A stretch of DNA of 63,963 bases, counting the filler. It is 3 parts of 3 records of this genome, joined end to end, with 100 filler letters (N's around TTAATTAATTAA, not from the genome) between each part and the next. Parts side by side here need not be neighbours in the genome. Positions count along the whole stretch, not along the records: positions 33,457 to 63,963 come from DRR723986_12913; 2 more parts are not named here. The stretch is one strand, 5' to 3'. Below, piece by piece: positions 59,074 to 63,963 of this stretch. A model generated the notes under the pieces. The model was given only the letters and a program-made list of their open reading frames with translations, made no database searches and was not told the origin of the DNA. The translations under genes and the position numbers were made by a program. Numbering within the stretch: position 1 is the stretch's first letter; every line of letters begins with the position of its first letter.

Positions 59074-60984
59074 CTAGAAGTTGTAGAGGGCACCAATGTT
59101 CAATCCATGCAGGACCAGTGAACCGTAGTTGTCGTAGTCGCGGATATCAGCATAGTTGGCGTGTGCGTAGTGGATGTTGTCCACAGATGTCGCCACACCA
59201 GAAGCAAAGATCGCGCGGTAGCCGACAGTCGCGGTCCAGCGTGAGGACATACGAACGCCAACGCCTGTACCCAGCTCACCAAGGAAGGCAAGCGTATTCT
59301 TCGACTCGTTGAACAACCATGCTTGTCCATTGTTCGGATTCGCTGGTGTTCGAGTGTCGTTCAGGTAGGCGTTCTGGAATTCGGTTGCGATTCGCGAGTA
59401 AAACGTCGAGTGGTTTCCGAAGATACCAGCCTTTGCATTGCCGTAGAAATTGAATCGATTTCCTAGGCAGTAGTCCAAGCGGCTTCCGAGCTGGAACCCG
59501 AACAAGTCGTTCGTCGTGTTCACGTCATAGTAAAGGTCGTCCGCAGCACGGCTAATTACGCTGTCCTCAAGACTGGCCGCGTAGGTCAGATTGTCTTCGA
59601 AGCGGAAGTAACGGAAACCCGCCAACCAAGTCATGTTGATGCAGCTACCGCATGATGGAGGAGTCAAGCCACAAGGGCCAGCACCGAAGCGTGGACCGCA
59701 CCCGCTAGCACATGAACCGCAACCGCCTCCACAGGAGCTGCCACAAGAGCTACCGCAGGAACCTGCACTTGCGCAAGAACCGCAGCCCGCGCCGCCACAA
59801 CCACCGCAGCCACCATGCCCCCGAGACAGCAAGCAGCCGCCTGCAGGACCGGCACGGAAGTTTCGAGCTGCTCCACCGGCAGCGAACCCAAGTAGGTTCA
59901 CTTCGACGTTATGGAAGTTCGTGCTACGCTCCAATTGGTGCGTGAACGCGGAATCAAACCAACTGTAAACACCTTGCGTAGCTGGGCCCCAAGGAGCCGT
60001 TTGGGCTGGATTCAAAATGTCGACGTATGTGAACGCCATACGCGAGCGGTAGTCTCCACCAACGGTTCGAGCTCTTGTCGCGGTCGCCGTTTCGGAAAAG
60101 ACGCCGAAGTAGGAGACTTGAATTGCGTTTCGTCCGCAATTGAAGTATCTCCCCGCCATCACTTCAAAGCCTGGCATAACGCCCGGACGAGCTGAACGGG
60201 TCGTCAGCGTATTCGCGACATAGTCATTGTCGAAGAAGCTTAGTGGTACGTCTTTGTTATCAAAACGGTTGAAGAGCAAGACTCCACCGCCGAAGAACCA
60301 AGGCGAAGCACCTGGACCGATTCCAACACTCGAAACTGGGGCATAATTGGCCGCAGTCGGAGCACAGGAGTAGGCTCCTTGATCGTATCCAATTCCACCA
60401 CCAACGATCGTGGATGGGTAGGAGTAGTTGAACGCTTGACCGCTTCCTTGCTGACAGCTTGTGCATCCGCTGCCCTGCTGCACGTAGCCAGTACCCGGAG
60501 CGGCATAGGTCTGCATTGGAGCTGCCGAACCATGGGCCATACCGGGCTGAACGTACTGAGGAGCCGCGTGCCCGGTCGCTGGTGCGTAAGGCTGCGGCGC
60601 AATCGTTTGGCTCGGCTGCGGTGCCATCACTTGTGGCGTAACCGTCTCGGGACCCAATTGTTGGTTGTAGATTGCACCGTCTTGGTTTGCAATCAACTGC
60701 ATCTGCGGCTGATAACCGGGCTGCTGTTGGTAAACCGAGGGTTGATAGGCAGGTTGCTGGTAGACCGGCTGTTGAGCGATCTGCTGCTGAGGAATTGGTT
60801 GTAGCCCAGGCTGCGCGTAAGTACCAGGTACCTGTGGCAGACTCTGAACAACCAGCGGTGTATTCTGAACGGGATATGCGCTTGCACCAAGACCACCTAC
60901 TGGGGCATTGTATTGTGCACTGGCGCTCGAAAAGCCTACTAACCCCAAGGTCAGGGCAAGGCTTTGAAGCCAAAACTTCTTCAC
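59074..60984 (-). CDS. Planctomycete outer-membrane beta-barrel (BBP7-like) with Gln/Pro-rich N-terminus and Cys/Gly-rich loop
   Basis: Signal peptide; LAGFRYFRFED, N.LFGFQLG, KAGIFGN, GYRAIF..GVA; terminal HGLNIGALYNF beta-signal; GTG start. Confidence 0.85.
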   Translation of the reverse strand: MKKFWLQSLALTLGLVGFSSASAQYNAPVGGLGASAYPVQNTPLVVQSLPQVPGTYAQPGLQPIPQQQIAQQPVYQQPAYQPSVYQQQPGYQPQMQLIANQDGAIYNQQLGPETVTPQVMAPQPSQTIAPQPYAPATGHAAPQYVQPGMAHGSAAPMQTYAAPGTGYVQQGSGCTSCQQGSGQAFNYSYPSTIVGGGIGYDQGAYSCAPTAANYAPVSSVGIGPGASPWFFGGGVLLFNRFDNKDVPLSFFDNDYVANTLTTRSARPGVMPGFEVMAGRYFNCGRNAIQVSYFGVFSETATATRARTVGGDYRSRMAFTYVDILNPAQTAPWGPATQGVYSWFDSAFTHQLERSTNFHNVEVNLLGFAAGGAARNFRAGPAGGCLLSRGHGGCGGCGGAGCGSCASAGSCGSSCGSSCGGGCGSCASGCGPRFGAGPCGLTPPSCGSCINMTWLAGFRYFRFEDNLTYAASLEDSVISRAADDLYYDVNTTNDLFGFQLGSRLDYCLGNRFNFYGNAKAGIFGNHSTFYSRIATEFQNAYLNDTRTPANPNNGQAWLFNESKNTLAFLGELGTGVGVRMSSRWTATVGYRAIFASGVATSVDNIHYAHANYADIRDYDNYGSLVLHGLNIGALYNF

Positions 60985-61283
60985 GGTACTGCTCCTTGCA
61001 ATTCTAACGTCAATCCATTGACTGGGCGATTACGGCCCTAGATGGTTGGCATCATGAACACCTGCATTTGCAAGCATTACATTGTGCGTGAACCAACCAA
61101 TGGGCGCAGGTCTCAGCGCCCGGTGAAGTCATCGACGCCAGAAGTACTGGTTGTGCCGTCTTTGAGCAAATACTTAGCAGTTTGCTGAGCGCGTAGATCG
61201 AATAACTAGATTGCCGCGAACAATGCGATTAACCCGCAAGGTTTAACACCCCTCATCGGCGCTGTAGAAAATGCCGCACCTGC

Positions 61284-62921
61284 TTACTTTAGTCGTGATT
61301 CTGCGGATTTTTGCACTGCAGCTTCATAACGTTCGGGTGAAATCCACCACAGATCTGGCCAGTGACCAGTATCATTCAGTGCAGCCGCTCCAGCGGTCGT
61401 TCTACCGTTGAGCACCGCTTCGGTAAGTTGATTGGTCAGTCGCGATACCGTATCGGGTTCCATGTCCGCCAAATTGCGAGTCTCACCCAGGTCCGCTGCC
61501 AAGTTGTATAGCTCGGCACGTCCCCGACTGCGTGGCATGACCAACTTCCAATCGCCGCTGCGAACAGCGAACCGCCCGTTTGAGCCATGGTGGATCAGGG
61601 GTGAGTCTCGTTGACTTAGACTTGGATCGCTGAAGGTCGCCAGAAAACTCTCGCTGTCGACGAGCTCCGCGGGATCCTCCTGAGTTGCAGCGTTGCCGGA
61701 TGCGTTTGCTGTGGCAGAGCCTGCACTATCGGAATGGACAATTTCTCGTATGGTCGCGAAAATGTCTGTCTGAGACACGGGTTTTGAGACCACTTCCCCA
61801 GGCTTCTTGATTCCGGCAGGCCAACTGCAGATGAACGGAACGCGGTGCCCGCCTTCGTAAATGCTTCGCTTGCCCTCACGCAAGGGGCCGTTGCTGCGGT
61901 GTGAAAACTCCTTGACGCGCTGCTTCCATGACTTCTCTGGCCCATTGTCACTGGTCAGAATAATCAGTGTATTGTCCGCAACTCCAGCTTGTTCAAGCGC
62001 CTGCACAACCCTGCCGATGTGATAATCTGTTTCCAGCAGGAACTCGCCGTAGCCACCCGCTGCCCCTTTGCCGTAATACTCCGGCAATGGACAAACTGGA
62101 TAGTGAGGTGAAGTTAGCGGCAGGTAAAGGAAGAACGGTTGCTCCGCCGCGTCGCTTGATGTGTGCAACGCAATGTTCGCAATGGCCCGATCAGTGAAAC
62201 GTGTCAAACACTGGTTGTCGACAAAATCCTCTGCGACTTCGATTACGGTTCCACCAAGCTTCTTGACTGCCTCTCGAAATGTGGATTGATAGGGAGGCTT
62301 GATGCGGTAGTCTAAATGCCGTTTGTTCGGTTTCTTAGCGGTGAATTGCGTCGGAGGCACTTTGGCCATGCGACCGTCAAACCATGCAAGCACTCCGTAG
62401 TTCAGGGAAGCAGGGATTCCAAAGTAGTCCTCGAATCCTTTATCAAGCGGCATGTCTTGAGTCGGCTTCGTCCAATCCCGATTCTTGTGAGAATCCCCTG
62501 GGAAGTCCATTCCCAAATGCCACTTGCCAACCATCCACGTCGCGTATCCATGGGATTTCAAGTAGCTTGCAATCGTAGCTTGGCCTGGCTTAATCAAACA
62601 CTCATGCTCGGCCCCAAGTACGCCGCGTTTCAGCTCTGTTCTCCAGCAATAGCGCCCCGTTAACAGGGCATATCTGGACGGTGTGCACACGGCATCAGCC
62701 GAATGAGCATCGGTAAAACGCAGGCCGCTGGCAGCCAGAGCGTCAATGCTCGGTGTTTGAACTTTGCTGTCTGGGTTATAACAACTAGCATCACCATAGC
62801 CTTGGTCGTCCGTGTAGATAATCACCACGTTGGGCCGACTCGGATCGCTGGCTACGGCACAGGTATCTATGCGAATTGTCGAACAGAAGAGGATGACAAC
62901 GGCGAAAACTAAACGATACAT
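61284..62921 (-). CDS. Formylglycine-dependent sulfatase (arylsulfatase-like)
   Basis: RPNVVIIYTDDQGYGD, CTPSRYALLTG, GKWHLG, SDNG, YEGGHRVP, ELYNLAAD. Confidence 0.95.
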   Translation of the reverse strand: MYRLVFAVVILFCSTIRIDTCAVASDPSRPNVVIIYTDDQGYGDASCYNPDSKVQTPSIDALAASGLRFTDAHSADAVCTPSRYALLTGRYCWRTELKRGVLGAEHECLIKPGQATIASYLKSHGYATWMVGKWHLGMDFPGDSHKNRDWTKPTQDMPLDKGFEDYFGIPASLNYGVLAWFDGRMAKVPPTQFTAKKPNKRHLDYRIKPPYQSTFREAVKKLGGTVIEVAEDFVDNQCLTRFTDRAIANIALHTSSDAAEQPFFLYLPLTSPHYPVCPLPEYYGKGAAGGYGEFLLETDYHIGRVVQALEQAGVADNTLIILTSDNGPEKSWKQRVKEFSHRSNGPLREGKRSIYEGGHRVPFICSWPAGIKKPGEVVSKPVSQTDIFATIREIVHSDSAGSATANASGNAATQEDPAELVDSESFLATFSDPSLSQRDSPLIHHGSNGRFAVRSGDWKLVMPRSRGRAELYNLAADLGETRNLADMEPDTVSRLTNQLTEAVLNGRTTAGAAALNDTGHWPDLWWISPERYEAAVQKSAESRLK

Positions 62922-63355
62922 CTATGTGTTTCTTTGCGGGGCGGGTGAGATAGGGCGCATGAGTCTGACGAGAGCAATTCAATACTGCTTAGCTCCCAAG
63001 TTAACGACACGAACCTCAGCGCCAAGTAAGCAAGACCGGAGAGCATTCGCATGCCGGGGTCGTCGGGGAAGGCCGGCCATTCATACTCAAGGCCGGAGCG
63101 GAGAAACAATACAGCGCGAGTACAGGTGCATTTGGTTTCGGCGTCGAGTGCGTGGCGGCCGCGTAGACGCATCGGCAACAGCAAGCCTGACGAGTACAAG
63201 GAATAGCAGAATGCGGAGATTTCGCGCACCGCACGATCATCCGCCGAGTCGTAGCGATCGTAGTATGCGTCATCGAAGTCGTCGTTCGTCATGCGCCCGG
63301 TTACAAGCCGCCGAACGTCTTGCGATAGTGCTTGGCGAAGGTCGGAATCAACCAT
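62909..63355 (-). CDS. Cassette-borne hypothetical protein, 3' end possibly degenerate
   Basis: ATG 10 nt past an attC-like core; RLVTGRMTNDDFDD..LFLRSGLEYEWP; the tail runs into the sulfatase start. Confidence 0.55.
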   Translation of the reverse strand: MVDSDLRQALSQDVRRLVTGRMTNDDFDDAYYDRYDSADDRAVREISAFCYSLYSSGLLLPMRLRGRHALDAETKCTCTRAVLFLRSGLEYEWPAFPDDPGMRMLSGLAYLALRFVSLTWELSSIELLSSDSCALSHPPRKETHRCIV

Positions 63356-63365
63356 TGGTTTCGTC

Positions 63366-63505
63366 ACATAACGGAAGGTTTTAACGACACCTTGCTAAAC
63401 AATGCGGGCAATGTCTGAACTACCGGAGAATTGTACCAATGCCAACGCCTGTTGCCAAAGAGCGTAGGCCTTGCCGAAGGCCTCAGCGTAAACACCATGT
63501 TATCC
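63366..63505 (-). repeat. attC-like integron recombination site
   Basis: On the minus strand it starts GGATAAC (contains the upstream gene's stop) and ends GTTATGT; the ends are imperfectly complementary; 140 bp. Confidence 0.7.
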
Positions 63506-63913
63506 TCCGTGCGAACCCCAGTAAGCGTTCAAGAGACCAGCGATGTCATCAGGGTAGCCGAAGAATTCAGCATCCAATGATTCAAACGCGTCTTCATTTG
63601 AGTCGGTGATTGCCTCCAGTTGATCTTGTCGAGCGTCACGGTCTGCAGGCGGCATCCGGTCGGGAAACAGTGCGCACGCGCGCTGCTGAATGTCGGCGCA
63701 TTTTCACGCCCCGATTCGCCTGAGACCGTCCAGTGTTTGTTGGCACAAGTCGCCAGCGTAATTGAAGAAGAACTGGTCAAAACCACCGTTTTTTGGTTCG
63801 GCCTCGAACCACCAGACAGCGTGGAACGTCTGTTGTGCAGGTGTGAGGGCGTTGAAACCGTCGGTCTGTTCTTTTGCTGCGATGGATTCTGACAGTTCAA
63901 ACAGGTCAGCCAT
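63500..63913 (-). pseudogene. DMP19/DUF4375-like cassette gene with one in-frame TGA
   Basis: EAE..NGGFDQFFFN..G..L..IGA, then TGA at 63704-63706, then the same frame continues KCADI..LFP..LDAEFFGYPDDI..TAA at 63500. Confidence 0.75.
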
Positions 63914-63929
63914 TTTATTGTTCACGAGC

Positions 63930-63963
63930 GGATAACGGGAGGTTTTTACGACACCGGGCTTGA
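63930..63963 (-). repeat. Second attC-like site (partial, at window edge)
   Basis: ATAACGGGAGGTTTTTACGACACC matches 63368-63391 at 22 of 24 positions; minus-strand core GTTATCC. Confidence 0.7.

Noticed and set aside
63529-63900. 123-aa minus-strand ORF over the last cassette
   Set aside because: Alternative frame; the DUF4375-like frame with one internal TGA explains the region.

Overview
The window is not one genome. It is three unrelated contigs joined by 100-nt artificial spacers (44 N + TTAATTAATTAA + 44 N at 27483-27582 and 33357-33456). Contig A (1-27482, AT-rich, Bacteroidota/Flavobacteriales-like by gene content) looks like an integrative island. It has a tyrosine integrase at the left end, a 12-gene T2SS/type-IV-filament-like operon, a LytS/LytTR two-component pair with T9SS-cargo and other exported proteins, and a tRNA-3'-end-like att remnant at the right end. 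Four promoters in it share a GATAA-N15-GATAA repeat, and one pseudopilin leader carries an in-frame repeat insertion. Contig B (27583-33356, GC-rich, roseobacter-like) is core genome: partial tRNA-Cys, pcm, tolC, a PopZ-like gene, cobQ, a conserved small gene and partial efp. Contig C (33457-63963, planctomycete-like) holds a Cys-rich repeat protein, a 6S-like rod RNA, and a REP-bracketed 17.6-kb block. That block encodes two membrane patatin-like phospholipases divergent from a ~1980-aa orphan secretin with large helical insertions and three exported partner proteins; it is the best candidate for an undescribed system. Housekeeping/accessory genes follow, then an integron-like attC cassette array at the right edge. 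All calls come from reading motifs by eye; no database searches were run.
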